In this document: positions 50,230 through 64,000 of the stretch, piece after piece | Layout of the letters: every line of letters starts with the position of its first letter | Position numbering within the stretch: position 1 is the stretch's first letter | Origin: Neoechinorhynchus agilis | Lineage: Eukaryota; Animalia; Acanthocephala | Assembly: GCA_051530055.1 (NCBI GenBank) | Contig: CM121342.1 | Coordinates: 4,401,489 to 4,465,488, forward strand | Direction of reading: 5' to 3' | Length of the DNA stretch: 64,000 nt | Notes under the pieces: generated by a model | Told to the model about the DNA's origin: nothing | What the model saw: the letters and a program-made list of their open reading frames with translations, nothing else | Databases searched by the model: none | Position numbers and translations under genes: made by a program

Positions 50230-50627
50230 TTTCAATAAAGCGTTCGAATTTAATTCCAGGTAGTAATATTAAGAAAACGGACTTTTTTGCGTGCAATAAG
50301 TACTATAAATCATAAAACTTTTTCTCGGTTCAAGTATTTAAAAGCTTTTTATAATAAATTCATGTTATGTATTAAACCGAAATATGGATTTGTGAAAGTC
50401 TACCAAGACCATCTTCAATCCGAATGGCTAGTGGAAATATTTCGGCTTTAAAGGCGTGATCAGAACTATGGTTGCATTTTAAGCTCATAAAAATCTGTAT
50501 AAATTAGATAAGACGAACAACAATTCGAAGATTTAGAAACTGATTGCAATTTAGATAATGATTTTGCTTTTCCTCAATTAGTGTTTTAATAGAGACACGT
50601 TCAAACATTCATTGTGAAACTACCATT

Positions 50628-52352
<1,725 letters not shown>

Positions 52353-53120
52353 CTTTGGTGGTGGCCAGGGTGTTATTATATATATATATAGATCGGGATA
52401 GCAGCGTATAGGAAAGTTGGGAGGAAAAAAAGGAGTCTTGTAAAAGACATACAATCGATGTGTAGTGCGTTGCAGTTTGGGTGCGTGAGAATGAAAAAAA
52501 TGAGACTGTAACAACCATCAGCATGAGGGGACCGAGTGGTACCAAAAGAAGAAGAAGAGGCAAGTCTACTTTTGCATGTGGAAATGTGGTTGTGACGGCA
52601 ACGAAGAAAATCGTGCCCCTACTATCTGAGTTGAAACCACTCAGTTACATTGATCCACACAAAAAAAAAGAAATCCAAACCTCAACATGGAAATGCGGCG
52701 GGGTTTTCACTCATGAATACACTATTTTGCTCAAGGATAAGCCTCCTCGATCTCTTTTAATCATACCGAAAACACATATAGCGTGATTATACCGTAAAAA
52801 AAGTGAGAATTCCTCTCGATTTTTAAAGTGTTTCGTAATTTCTTATCGCAACTCACCTTTTTTTACAAACCTTTCCTTCAATGTCAATCATAATTGGCTT
52901 TTAGGATAAATGCCGAACACCAATCAGAATTTCTGTCGCCCTTGAGACAATTGGTGCCGTCAAACCAAGCACCGCATAATTTTCAGCCATCTATTTTTAT
53001 CAGAGAATCAGAAATTCGAAAAATTAACTGCTGAATGCATCCTCCGTACCCATCGGAACTTGAGTGCTTCATAAAAATTAATAATTAAAAAAAATCTGAT
53101 GTAAAAGGTTCCTCGGAGGT

Positions 53121-53471
53121 ATTGTGTTGCTGAGGTGATTCCTACTCTCCGGACAATAAAGATATTGATTTATTGCGATATTTCGCTGGGCAAATCCAAC
53201 ATTCTCAAACTTCAAAAATTAAAAATCATTTGGTTACATGATCGCATTTTTGCGCCCTTGATTCGTAGTGGATGCCTTAGCTAGGGATCCCGGGAGTGCC
53301 AGACCCGTGTTTCCGGACTGTTGTTTTAATCCTCTGAAACCCCTAAGATTGTGCAATGGAGGTAGTTTCAAACTTATTGCCCTTTGATAATGCTGGATTT
53401 GCCCAGCGAAATATCGCAATAAATCAATATCCTTATTGTCCGGAGAGTAGGAATCACCTCAGCAACACAAT
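53121..53471. mobile_element. Foldback element with 83-bp arms (53121-53203 and 53389-53471)
   Basis: attgtgttgctgaggtgattcctactctccggacaat pairs with attgtccggagagtaggaatcacctcagcaacacaat. Confidence 0.75.
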
Positions 53472-54302
53472 TAAAAAAGAATTAAAAAAGTGGACCTTTA
53501 GCGCATGGTTTACCCGAATAATAATAAATTGTGCAACAGCTACGATAATTTTGATCCAAGTGAAGCTTTCCAATAAAACCAAGTTGTTATTTTCACGTTA
53601 ATGCTAAGTGCAAATCAAAAATACGCGTTCATATTTCCGATATGGATTTTTTTTCGGCTAACAAGATTTCTTGAGGTAGCATTCGTTTTGCCAAGAAAAG
53701 CATTTTCATTCTTTTTTATACCATATTTCTTGTTCGTAATATTTTTGTCTTTATCAATCTATCACTAAGAAGACATTGGAATGAATGATGCGAAATCGAA
53801 TTTAACGTTCTACGTAACGGATCCGCCGATGGAAGTGGTACAATCGTGTGTTTTTTATAAGGGATTTTGAGTAAGCAAACCGAGTTTTTACAGTCTACCT
53901 GATTTAATATTGCTCTAAATTGAGCTCTTAACCTTAGTTCTCATGGTTATTGCTTAATTACGCCAGAAAAACGTTAATGTTTAATGGCTCAAAATATCAA
54001 GCTGAAGAAAACATTTGTTATGGTTTATGGCATATTTCTAATTCCAGATAGAGCAATAAGTTTACATTACCTAATAGACTAAGAATCTTGCCGACATATC
54101 AGCTTTTTTATTGGCCTTGTTAGCTCGACTTAACAAATAGTCCGTTGTTAGTTGTCCTTTGGGTCATTGTTAAAGGTCGTCACTTGGACAAATATGAAAA
54201 AAAGGCTATTTTTCAAGAATTATTGCTTCTAACAACATTAAGAATGTTTCCGATAAGCAAACAGATTTTTATACGTTGCCGAATCCTGTAACCGGTGTTG
54301 TC

Positions 54303-55008
54303 GTTACTCATTTATTTTTGAGAAATATTTCGCACGGTTTTCTTTGCCTCTTCAGTCGTTATTGTTTGCAAGTTTTAAATGTGTGAGTTCGCACACATTT
54401 AAAATTTACAATCAATAGCGACTGAAGAGGCAAGGAAAACCTTGTGAAATATTTCTCAAATAAATGAGTATCTATAGCACCGGGGACAGAATTCGCCAAG
54501 ACACCAACTCACACATTTAAAACTTAAAAGCAATAGCGACTGAAGAGGCAAGGAAAACCTTGTGAAATATTTCTCAAATAAATAAATGAGTATCTATAGC
54601 ACCGGGGACAGAATTCGCCAAGACACCAACTCACACATTTAAAACTTAGAAGCAATAGCGACTGAAGAGGCAAGGAAAACCTTGTGAAATATTTCTCAAA
54701 TAAATAAATAAGTATCTAAATTCGCCAAGACACCAACTCACACATTTAAAACTTAGAAGCAATAGCGACTGAAGAGGCAAGGAAAACCTTGTGAAATATT
54801 TCTCAAATAAATAAAGACACCAACTCACACATTTAAAACTTAGAAGCAATAGCGACTGAAGAGGCAAGGAAAACCTTGCGAAATATTTCTCAAATAAATA
54901 AATAAGTATCTAAATTCGCCAAGACACCAACTCACACATTTAAAACTTAGAAGCAATAGCGACTGAAGAGGCAAGGAAAACCTTGTGAAATATTTCTCAA
55001 ATAAATAA
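54303..55008 (+). ncRNA. Tandem array of minimal hammerhead ribozyme motifs: 6 direct copies plus 1 inverted copy
   Basis: CUGAAGA G GCAAGG-AAAA-CCUUG(U/C) GAAA UAUUUCUC at 54422, 54540, 54662, 54769, 54856 and 54963; inverted copy with tcttcag at 54349-54355. Confidence 0.75.
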
Positions 55009-55406
55009 AAAATTCCTCAGTTGAAAGTGTGGACGGATTTTGTACTCTGGTTGCAAACAACAATAACTAAAAATCGAAATTCTTTTTTTGCAATTTCCAA
55101 AACTATCCCTTTGAGAAAATATCCTTGAGTTTAGTGGATGACAATACGAAGTGTCAACTTCTATCAAATGCACAATACATCAATAGACATCGTCTTTAGG
55201 ACTACTTCCATGATGCCTAGATAATAACGCAAGTGCGGCGGTCTAGTCTAAGTATTGCTGGAATATGCAAGTCTGAAAGTGTGTTTACATGCTGGAACAA
55301 CACATAGTTTTGTGATATGATTATATGGAAATGTGATACTGTTTCCCAAAGATCCATTTACACCTTCAAAATCACAAAATTTATCGATTTATACGCTTTA
55401 AGGACT

Positions 55407-56815
55407 CTATTCGAGCAAATGATATATTTCCTCTTCGAAAAATGCGATCAGGAACATAAGCACGAATCCAGTCAGAATCCCAAGATTGTACAACACGACC
55501 ATTAGTATCGATGAGTTCCTTGTTGGAATTATAAGTGGAAGGATATCGGTTAGCGCAATGTAGAGGAAAACACCGGCAGTGTATGAAAGGATGTATGGAA
55601 GGGCTTTTTCAGATGATGAAGATATTGTGATACCAACATATAGTCCAATTAGTGAGGTAAATGCTGTCAAGAAGTTCAATACAACTGCTTGAATATGAGA
55701 AAATCCAGCTTGAAGCAATATCGCGTAATCTCCTATATGAAATTCAATTATTTAGTGGAATTATGTTTTCTTTATTTATATCAGTAGCTGAGATATTTTA
55801 GGCTGTCAAAAATTCACAGGTATACTGAAATTAATGCCAATGCAAAAAAAAAGAATTAGATTTCAGCGTTAAATATGACCAGCCATGGACTAACCTAACT
55901 CGTGAGGTATTTCATGCAATGCAATTGCAAATGTTGTCGTTAATCCTAGAGTCAAATCCGTCGAAAACGCCGCTCCGATCGCTATTCCATCTGCGAAATT
56001 ATGAATTGTATCAGCCAATAAAACTGACCATCCATAAGACTTTGTAGCTAATATCATTTCAACATTGATAAAAAAATTCAAAATTTAATATACTTACTTT
56101 TCATTGAGCCAAAGAGCTTGGAAACTTTTTTTATGTGCCCTTTATTAGAAGGAATTTCCGATCTATTTTCTCGAATCAACGACTTTTTTAATCTCAAATC
56201 AAGATCTTACGTCGTCAATTGAGCTTGATCATTGGTCAATATTTCCATTGGAAGTTCGTTTTCTGCTTCTTCATGGTGACCATGATGATGAGAATGCTTT
56301 CGATTGGATTCGACAATTTATAGTTTAACATAACCGTAATACCTGAACATTTTTGTTCGAAAACAACATAGTCATTATGATGTCGATCAAATAAAATGAA
56401 TATATTCCCGATACCATTACGACTGTCTTTTTAATGGCATCATTGTCATCGTTTTTCCCGTGGTCATGACCATGAACTCCCAGACTCTGTTACAAGTTTC
56501 ATGTTATATTTTATAGGATTTAAAAAAAAAGAAGTTGACACTTACAGTTGGAATAAGATGAAATAGTGCATCCCCAGCAAGCGCTCCAACAGCCAAGCTA
56601 CCCATCAAAGACATGACCATGTTATTAAGCTTCTTTGGTAACCAAGGGTACACCACGATCCCCAGGATGCTAAGTATACAAATAAGCAGGACGGCAAGAG
56701 TTCCGTATCCGTATACTAGAGAAAAAGTCATGTAAGAAAAATATGGCGGCCACACACCTTTTACATTCGGTGGTCCGCTGGACACCACAGCTTCAGTCGT
56801 GAGGTTTAAATCCAT
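55407..56815 (-). CDS. ZIP (SLC39) zinc transporter, LIV-1 subfamily, multi-exon; 5' end uncertain
   Basis: [16 protein letters not shown], His-rich loops ([13 protein letters not shown]), [25 protein letters not shown] (HEXPHEXGD motif), [14 protein letters not shown]. Confidence 0.93.
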
Positions 56816-57042
56816 AGCAAGCGTAGATTTTAGTTCATTTTAGCGGTATCTTAAACATGAAGAAGACATAAACTGAATCACCCTTGGGACCCAGAGCTCG
56901 CTAATGCTATGAGTGCGAATGAGTCATTTTTTTTACTAAGACTGTTCTCATGTCGAGAAACGTGGCGAAACTCGCGTTTCTTACATTCTTATTTTTGATT
57001 ATGGTCCCCAAACTAAAACATTTATCTGTGAACTATTCACGA

Positions 57043-57244
57043 AATTTTGACTTTTGCGCTGAATATGTTCGCCCGGTAAAAATCATTTTATTGTTCGCGA
57101 AATATTTCGAAAAAGAGGAAACCTCGTTTTCTCTTAATCATTGCTTGTAAGTTAGAAGGCGAGATTTCCTCTCTTTCGAAATATTTCGCGAACAATAAAA
57201 TGATTTTTAACCGGGCGAACATATTCAGCGCAAAAGTCAAAATT
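57043..57244. mobile_element. MITE-like inverted repeat with arms of about 85 bp, upstream of the ZIP gene
   Basis: aattttgacttttgcgctgaatatgttcgcccgg pairs with ccgggcgaacatattcagcgcaaaagtcaaaatt. Confidence 0.75.
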
Positions 57245-57562
57245 GAACGATGTCGTTGAGGATTTTCTCTCGATATGATTATTCACGAAATTCTCCTTAA
57301 TTTTTGACTTTTTTAAAAGATCCGCATCAAATAAAAAAGGAGGCTTACTTCGGTCATAGATTTAGTCCCAAATCGAACGCTTTACGTTCTCTTACAATTT
57401 CGAAAGTTTCACTTTCTTAATGTTAATCATAAGCATTTTTCGAATAGGAAATCAAATAATCGATGATTTCGTGCCGTTGAGACTTTATGTCATCCTTAAT
57501 ATTTGAATTTGATAATAATACTTTTAAATTCATGTCAATCGCCGAACAATTTCGCAAGTACA

Positions 57563-57600
57563 AAACTGATGATGAACCCGTCGAGGTTCGAAACGTCTTT
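57563..57600 (+). ncRNA. Minimal type I hammerhead ribozyme motif (Penelope-type)
   Basis: aaa CUGAUGA U GAACC-cgucga-GGUUC GAAA CGUC uuu, followed by aataaa; intact core, GUC triplet, palindromic ACGU stem III. Confidence 0.8.
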
Positions 57601-58940
57601 AATAAAAAATTCTTTACGGGTCAAAGGCTTAAAACACTTCTAAATACAGATTTTTTGAACAATTGAGTGATTCAAACACGAAAGGCGTCTCAATTCATAA
57701 TGCAATGTATCTTTTATAGGACATTTAGTCTGCAAAAACCTTGGAAATGACTCTACTTATGTTTAAAATTCATGTAATTGGTTCAGTAAAAATTCTAGCG
57801 AGATGATAAGTGCGAAACAGAAATTTACAATGCTTTCTGAAAAGTGATTGGTTGTTTTGTAGTTCACATTTCAATTAATTTTTTCTTTATGTCCTTATAT
57901 TTTCAGCAAAAACCAACTTTGATTTTATAAAGTAAACCATCAATGAGGATGATAAATTGTGCAATGTTTAAAAAGGAATATTTAGCCAATTTAAAATGCA
58001 CTTAATTATGTTTTTCTGTATTTGTATCATGATTTCATCATCTTTATAGAACAAGACAAAGGATGAATGCTTACGCAAGATTTATCTATACGAGAATGAT
58101 AGCCACTCCCATTATAACTGATAACGAAATCTACTAATAATATTCGATTTCCACTCAGACTTTTTCCACCGCATTTAATGCACCAATAATTAATGGAATC
58201 ATAGTTGACATTTGACATTTAGGAAAAACCCTGATTTGAAATTCAATCGGTTTATGGTCCCCTTTCCATAGGTTACGCATTTCAAATACCGCAAATATTG
58301 ACATTTAAATGGCAGATTCTTAAATGCGTGATTTTGAAGTAAACTAATCGTACAAATGCATAATTACCTAATAATAAAATGCTTTCTTTGTTCTATAATT
58401 ACCAACTCACGGATCAAAAAATAGCTTTCCATTATTTGCAGTCACTTTTAGCACAAACTATTCTCAGAAAATAGCAGACTTAGCCAAAACTCCAAATTAA
58501 CTCATAATGTGTGCTTCACGCTTGTTATCTGATGCAAATCAGCAGAGATTGTGACAAAGTCTGTAATTCCAATGATAAATATCCAGTTATCTGAGAATTA
58601 GTTTGAGATTACGCATTGAGAAATCCGATCAGTGCAACTACCCGTCGAATTAATGCGTTCGAAAATTGCTGCATATTAGCGCTAATATAATCAGTCGAAC
58701 GACAATGTCTAACTTCAATAAACCAGCGAATTTCTTTTTCATCTTGCCGAATACTCGAAACTAATTTAATTAAAAGAAATTATTGGAGATCACTCATTTT
58801 TGGAACAAATCAGTTTAAACCTCTAATTAAATTTTCAACAGAAAGTACAAAAATTTTATTTTTTAAAGTTAACGATAACGTATTTAACGTTACCGGTCAA
58901 TGTTGATTTAACTTTTTAACAAGTTACATAATTTTTTTGT

Positions 58941-60409
58941 TCAAAAAACCACGTGTCCACTTGGAAGCCTCCTTTGAGCTGCCTTGATTCTACGATCCAT
59001 TGGGTTTAAAATCAACACGGATTCTTTTTCTGAATCAGTTAAATCCTCCAAACTGGATCTCGTGCTATCAGAACTGATCGTCATAATACTACTCAAACTG
59101 CGATTTGAAATCATTGTCCTATCTCTGCTATTGTCAGTCACATGCCTTTGGTATAGATCACCATCAACAGTTTGATATGCACATGCCGTCTCAGCTATGT
59201 AAATTAGGCCTTGAATGGAGATAAAGTAAGCAAAATTAAATTTTTTTACACCAAGCTTACCGTGAATCATCGCCTCAGTTCCGCTAATTTTTACTTTTGG
59301 AAATTGAGCCAAGAACTTTTCAACTACGACAATCATATTCATTTGAAGAAAATGAGGCTTTTCGCTAAGACGCTTAAAAAGTAGTCTAGCTCTTTTATTT
59401 TCTTGTGGCCATGGTGGTTCTGGACCACTTGAATATCTGTAGAATATTTTATTATATTCCAAGAATATATCTTTTACTCTAGGCGCCATTTGCCTGCAGT
59501 GTTCCTCGATAGCTTTTACGTGAAGAACAGGCTCCTCCACCGGTTTGAATCCCTCCAAAAGATCATCACATAAATCCATAAGCTAAATTATTAGAAATAT
59601 AATTAAATATTGAACTTTATACAACAAAAACTTACGTGATCGTATATTACTAGTCCTCTACAGCATTCATCCGCTAAAGCTACTCGAATTCCAAAATGTT
59701 GTCTTAATTCCCGTTTAAGTTGGCGTAATGAATTGTAGACACATTCACAAGTCTCTCGAATAATGCTTGTAAGATTTTTAATCATCATTCTATACTGATA
59801 ATCAATGTAAAACCGTTCTGATCTAAGTTTTTTGCATGCTCCGACAGGTCGAGGTTTTCTTTGCGTAATATTCGTATTTTCGTCCTGTTCTATTTTGATC
59901 CGTTTTGAACGTACTTGTGAACAAGTTAAACTTCGTTTAGTGCTTTGTTGCGCTTGTTCTTTTACTTCTTGAGGTTCGAGTTTTATACGTTTCGAAATTG
60001 AACAAGTTGCACAAAGACTACGCTGAGCATTGGTAGGACGTCTTGAAAGCACCCTTGAGGCAATTGTGGGATGTTGGGTATCGTTCAATTCATTTAGTTC
60101 AATTTCTTCAGGTTTATCCTTAATTGGACTTGAAAGTACATGCGAACGAGTTATAATCCGTGCTATTTTTCTTGGCGAAACATCATCTGCTTCTTTATGT
60201 TCATGATTAGAGCGTTTAAGAATCGCTAGTGGACGAACGATACCAAATTGAATTTTCTGTTTCAAGGTTTTGTCGGTATCATTGTGCTTTACTTTCGACC
60301 TTTTTAGAATTGCAAGTGGACGAATTATGTTGCGTCGAGTTTTCTTCGGTACAGTTAAATTCATATCGTCTTGTTCAGGTTTAAAACAGGCTTTGAAATT
60401 ACGTTTCAT
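58941..60409 (-). CDS. Orphan two-exon protein (about 471 aa) with basic repetitive N-terminus
   Basis: Two long ORFs joined in phase 0 by a 53-nt gtaag...tttag intron (59583-59635). Confidence 0.75.
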
Positions 60410-60569
60410 TGTATATGCTGAAGAGATACTATAAAAGTCTAGAAAAAAATAGATGTAAATTAAAAGATCTCAATGGATGAGAATGAGTTTGTTAGATAGG
60501 CATGAAGGCGATTACCAAGGAACGGTACGGCGCCACGGTAGTAGTGATAAAGAAATATGATTTACGCAC

Positions 60570-60735
60570 GCTGATTGGCTGCAGCTTGTATTGTCGGCTT
60601 GCGCACTGTAGCACTGAACATTAAAGGAGAAATTAATAACAATTAATGAAAAATATTTGCCAAAAAAATTGGGCGGGATTTTTGGCCAATAGTCGGGGAA
60701 TTTATAAAACCAAGCAAATTTTACTTTGGCGGCTC
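60570..60735 (-). promoter_or_regulatory. Candidate promoter with CCAAT boxes and E2F/Sp-like GC motifs
   Basis: ctgattggctg, ttgggcgggat, ggccaatag and tttggcggc cluster 160-320 bp upstream of the ATG at 60409; motif match only. Confidence 0.3.
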
Positions 60736-62239
60736 GTGGATTATAGATAAGTTACTTCCGGAAATTTAAATGATTTTCTCACAAAGGACAAAAACTTGGA
60801 GGAAATCAGTTTTTGTTCATATGGAACATATTAAACAAAATTGAGGCAAATAAGGGCGACTCCGAAGTTAATATTTTCATATCCCTCTTTGGAGGGTGGC
60901 AATTATACACTTGAACAATGAGAGTGGTACTTTTTGAAGGCTGATCACTTAAAATAATTGTGTGAGATGCAAGCCAGTTTTGAATTTTTGACAGAACGCT
61001 AAGAATATACAATAGAATAAAAATTGTTAACTAAAAAACGTCCATTTTAAGCTCAAATATTTCAAACTTTAAGCTGCCTTAAAGTTATAGAGTGCAAAAT
61101 TTAAGAAAATATTTAAGAACTATGTGTCAAATACTTTATCCTACAGGAAAACCAATATCTTTTCTGATAGCAGCTAAATTACTTTATAAAATTGATTATC
61201 GTACCATCGAATCAGTAACACTCTGTATTCGAATTTTCTTATAAAAACATTTCGCCATTATAAAAAAACAAAAATGTGATAATTAACAAAATTAGCCGCT
61301 ATCAGGACACAAGGAAATTTTTTCGAATCAATATTCGCCACAGATAGACCTCAAACAATTATTGAGTGCGGTTACATGAAACATATCACAATGGGCAGCA
61401 TCCAGGCTATGCTCTATTCGTAATACTTTTTTAAGCACCGAAATTTAATGAGATCTAATTCCACGAAGACTTAGAATGACCTTTTTTGAAACCTTATACT
61501 GATCAGCTGGAACGTTGATTTTCGGATTATACGATAAACTATTAGGCAATTAAATTTTTGCATACAGCGTTAATCCGACAATTTCCGGCTTAAGTTTCAA
61601 GTGTATGGTCGAGTTAAGTGGTTTGTTTAAATTAATTATTTCCGGAAATGAGAATGATCTAAGCATTCATATTATATGAATTCTAGAGAAAAACAAAATC
61701 GTTTCAAAGAATTATGAAAACTAATGAAATGAGAGGAAGCATTAAATGTCCGAGAACAATACCGAACACTTTAGTTGGAGTATGCTCTTATGCTTATTCC
61801 CGTGAGTAAAGTCCTGCCCACATCATAAATTTCACTTCATTTATTTTTATCTCTAATAGCCGGTAAAAAATCTTTTGAATTTTATGATATACCAATTTTG
61901 AGCTACTTACTTTAATCGACACTAGATCGATTAGTTATTTTATTCTGAACTGATTTTTCTGGCCGATTAATTTTATGACAAAGAAGTTTTACATTATCAG
62001 AGATTTATACCAGAGGCAAAACTCATTTACAAATAGAACCGACAAAGCTTGGCTGATTTTTACAATCATTGATTTTAATAGAAAAATAGTCTTCGCGCAC
62101 TTTCATGGATTTATAATTTCTTATATGTGATTTTTTAGCCAAAAAGTTGTGACATTTAATTTTATCGTCTTTAAGGTTGATTCTTGGCCTCGATATACTA
62201 GTCGATTTCGATTTTATTCTGTACAAAATTTAATGCTTC

Positions 62240-62490
62240 AGCTGCCTTCTCTGGGACGCCGCGTTCGTATACTCGCTCGCAACCAGCAAGAGGAGAGCAG
62301 CAACCGCCGTTGAGGACCGCAAAAAGATTAATAAATACAACGATCTGAGTCGAAATCATTATTTCGTTTCATTTGGCGTCGAGACATTCGGGTCGATTGG
62401 TACCGCTGTGCAGGACCTTGTCAATCAATTGTCTAAGAGATTGAGACGAATCACTGGCGATCCGAGATCAGGAGTATTCCTCCGTCTTTT
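62240..62490 (+). mobile_element. CRE-like non-LTR retrotransposon RLE fragment
   Basis: LLWDAAFVYSLA...EDRKKINKYNDLSRNHYFVSFGVETFGSIG...LSKRLRRITGDPRSGVFLR matches WDAT...K..KY..L...F.P..VET.G...RL...TGDPR. Confidence 0.85.
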
Positions 62491-64000
62491 CGACCGTTAC
62501 ACCAGGACGGCTCCAGAGTGATCCAGAAAGGCGGTGGTGGTGTGAATGATTTAAAATCCGAAAAAGTGCCGCTCTTAAATAAACAAATACAAGAGCCTTA
62601 AAAATAAAAAAGACCATGAATATCGTGAATTACAAAACTTGTTTATTATCACTACAAATCTGCATTAAACTATAGCAAAGAATACAAATTTAGTAACAAT
62701 AATCACAGCGTTTACTCTTTGCAGTAAGAAATTGAAATTTTATTATCAAAACCGACGCTACACAAAAATTGAAGATTGTCTTTTATTTAATAAATTTATG
62801 TTCATTCGAGTAAGCTTTCAAACACACTTTATGGTTTTCGTTTTTGATGTCTAACAATAATTAGCTTTGCTTTTGACTCTCTCTTAGAAACAAAAATATT
62901 GCAATGTGATCCAATTTGATAGAAGAAGCAATTATTGAACTTTCAAAATGGCTTAAATGCTCTTTATTTTAAAAAGAGTAGATGGAACGAATTGTTCTAT
63001 AGGCGAAATCTTTCCGATTAATTGTCCATCATAAATCATTTATTTGTGTCATTTTAATGTACCTAAAGTACTTCTTTACACGTTGGATTTTACTCATGAA
63101 CATTTAGCATCTCAGGGATTTTAGATTAACATAATCCTTGTCAATTTTGCGTAATTCATCTATGTGAGTTGCAACCCTAATTCGATTAGCTGTTGTTTTA
63201 AGGACAATTGGCCGTATATAAATATCACAAGGGCAATCATACAATGTTGAGCAATCTTTGGGTATTAAGGGTTTTTTCGTCTGAAGATGGTCTCCAAACT
63301 AAATGGAATATTCTGGAATTTATGGACGTCGACGAATAAAAAATCAACCTTAGTGGAAAATAAGGAACAATTTTCTCAAATTGCCTTACCAACGCTAATT
63401 AATGTGTGTTTTTAAAAGTTCATACCTTAAAGGACCTTCTGTCTAATTTCTGCAGAAACACTTTGCAAAGGCGTAAATACGCAAATTGGTACCTTTTTTT
63501 CGGGACGTGTTACAAGATTATTCATGAGTGCTACTTGTTTTTCCACTCGCTTTGAACTATATAGTTTTTTTTATGTGAGTGTGTGTGTGGTTCGACCATT
63601 TTTCGCCATTTAGAAAAAGTTAGCGCTTCCCCCTCCCCGTATCGAATCCAGTCGAACCATCGACCTGTTGAAGGTGTGAATTTCTACGCCGAATTTTTTC
63701 AATGTCAGTCTCACATTTCAACGACATTTCGATGTCAAGTAGTGGGTTCGAACGGGTTCTCACAATGCAGACTTCGTCTCGGCGATCGAGTGTTCGATTG
63801 TACTGTTGCCGTAGAAGAGTAGGAAGATTGAAATTTTATTCAAATGAATCACAAGAAGGTGCACTTACCGTCTCCCCACGCTCAGTGACGCTTTACTTTT
63901 GTATCTTTTCCTCGCTCCTCTTGTTGTGCAACTGTTTCTTCGACTACATAGAGCGAGAGGACGGAGAACGATTTCTTTTTTTTTTGATAACCACAAAAGT

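Noticed and set aside
63100-63300. CPCDIYI peptide (GIY-YIG-like) and a degenerate ctgaagatggtctccaaac half-hammerhead
   Set aside because: They are on opposite strands and both too degenerate to call a Penelope element.
63590-63760. ggttcga B-box-like motifs suggesting a tRNA or SINE
   Set aside because: No cloverleaf or properly spaced A box could be built.

Overview
AT-rich animal (metazoan) genomic DNA. Compact genes with mostly 40-55 nt introns are interleaved with at least eight tandem-repeat arrays, several long foldback (inverted-repeat) elements and retroelement debris. Recognisable genes: protein phosphatase inhibitor-2 (PPP1R2), LSm7, a p22phox/CYBA-like protein, MKS1, a large TRPM/TRPS-type channel, two head-to-head SLC26 anion transporters, kinesin light chain and a LIV-1-type ZIP zinc transporter. 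There are also several orphan ORFs. Two observations stand out. (1) The TRP channel is unusual: an insertion of about 265 aa with two fibronectin-type-III-like domains is spliced in-frame into its cytosolic SLOG/MHR1-2 region, its pore filter reads F-R-T instead of F/Y-G-E/Q, and its C-terminal Nudix box is degenerate. (2) Minimal Penelope-type hammerhead ribozyme motifs are dispersed through the window: a tandem array of six copies plus one inverted copy at 54.3-55.0 kb, intact singletons at 29.2 and 57.6 kb, a decayed palindromic pair at 45.8 kb and a permuted core inside a perfect 147-bp hairpin at 2.1 kb. CRE-like RLE non-LTR retrotransposon fragments occur at 4.6-5.2, 11.2 and 62.3 kb. 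All homology calls were made by eye from remembered family motifs; no database searches were run.
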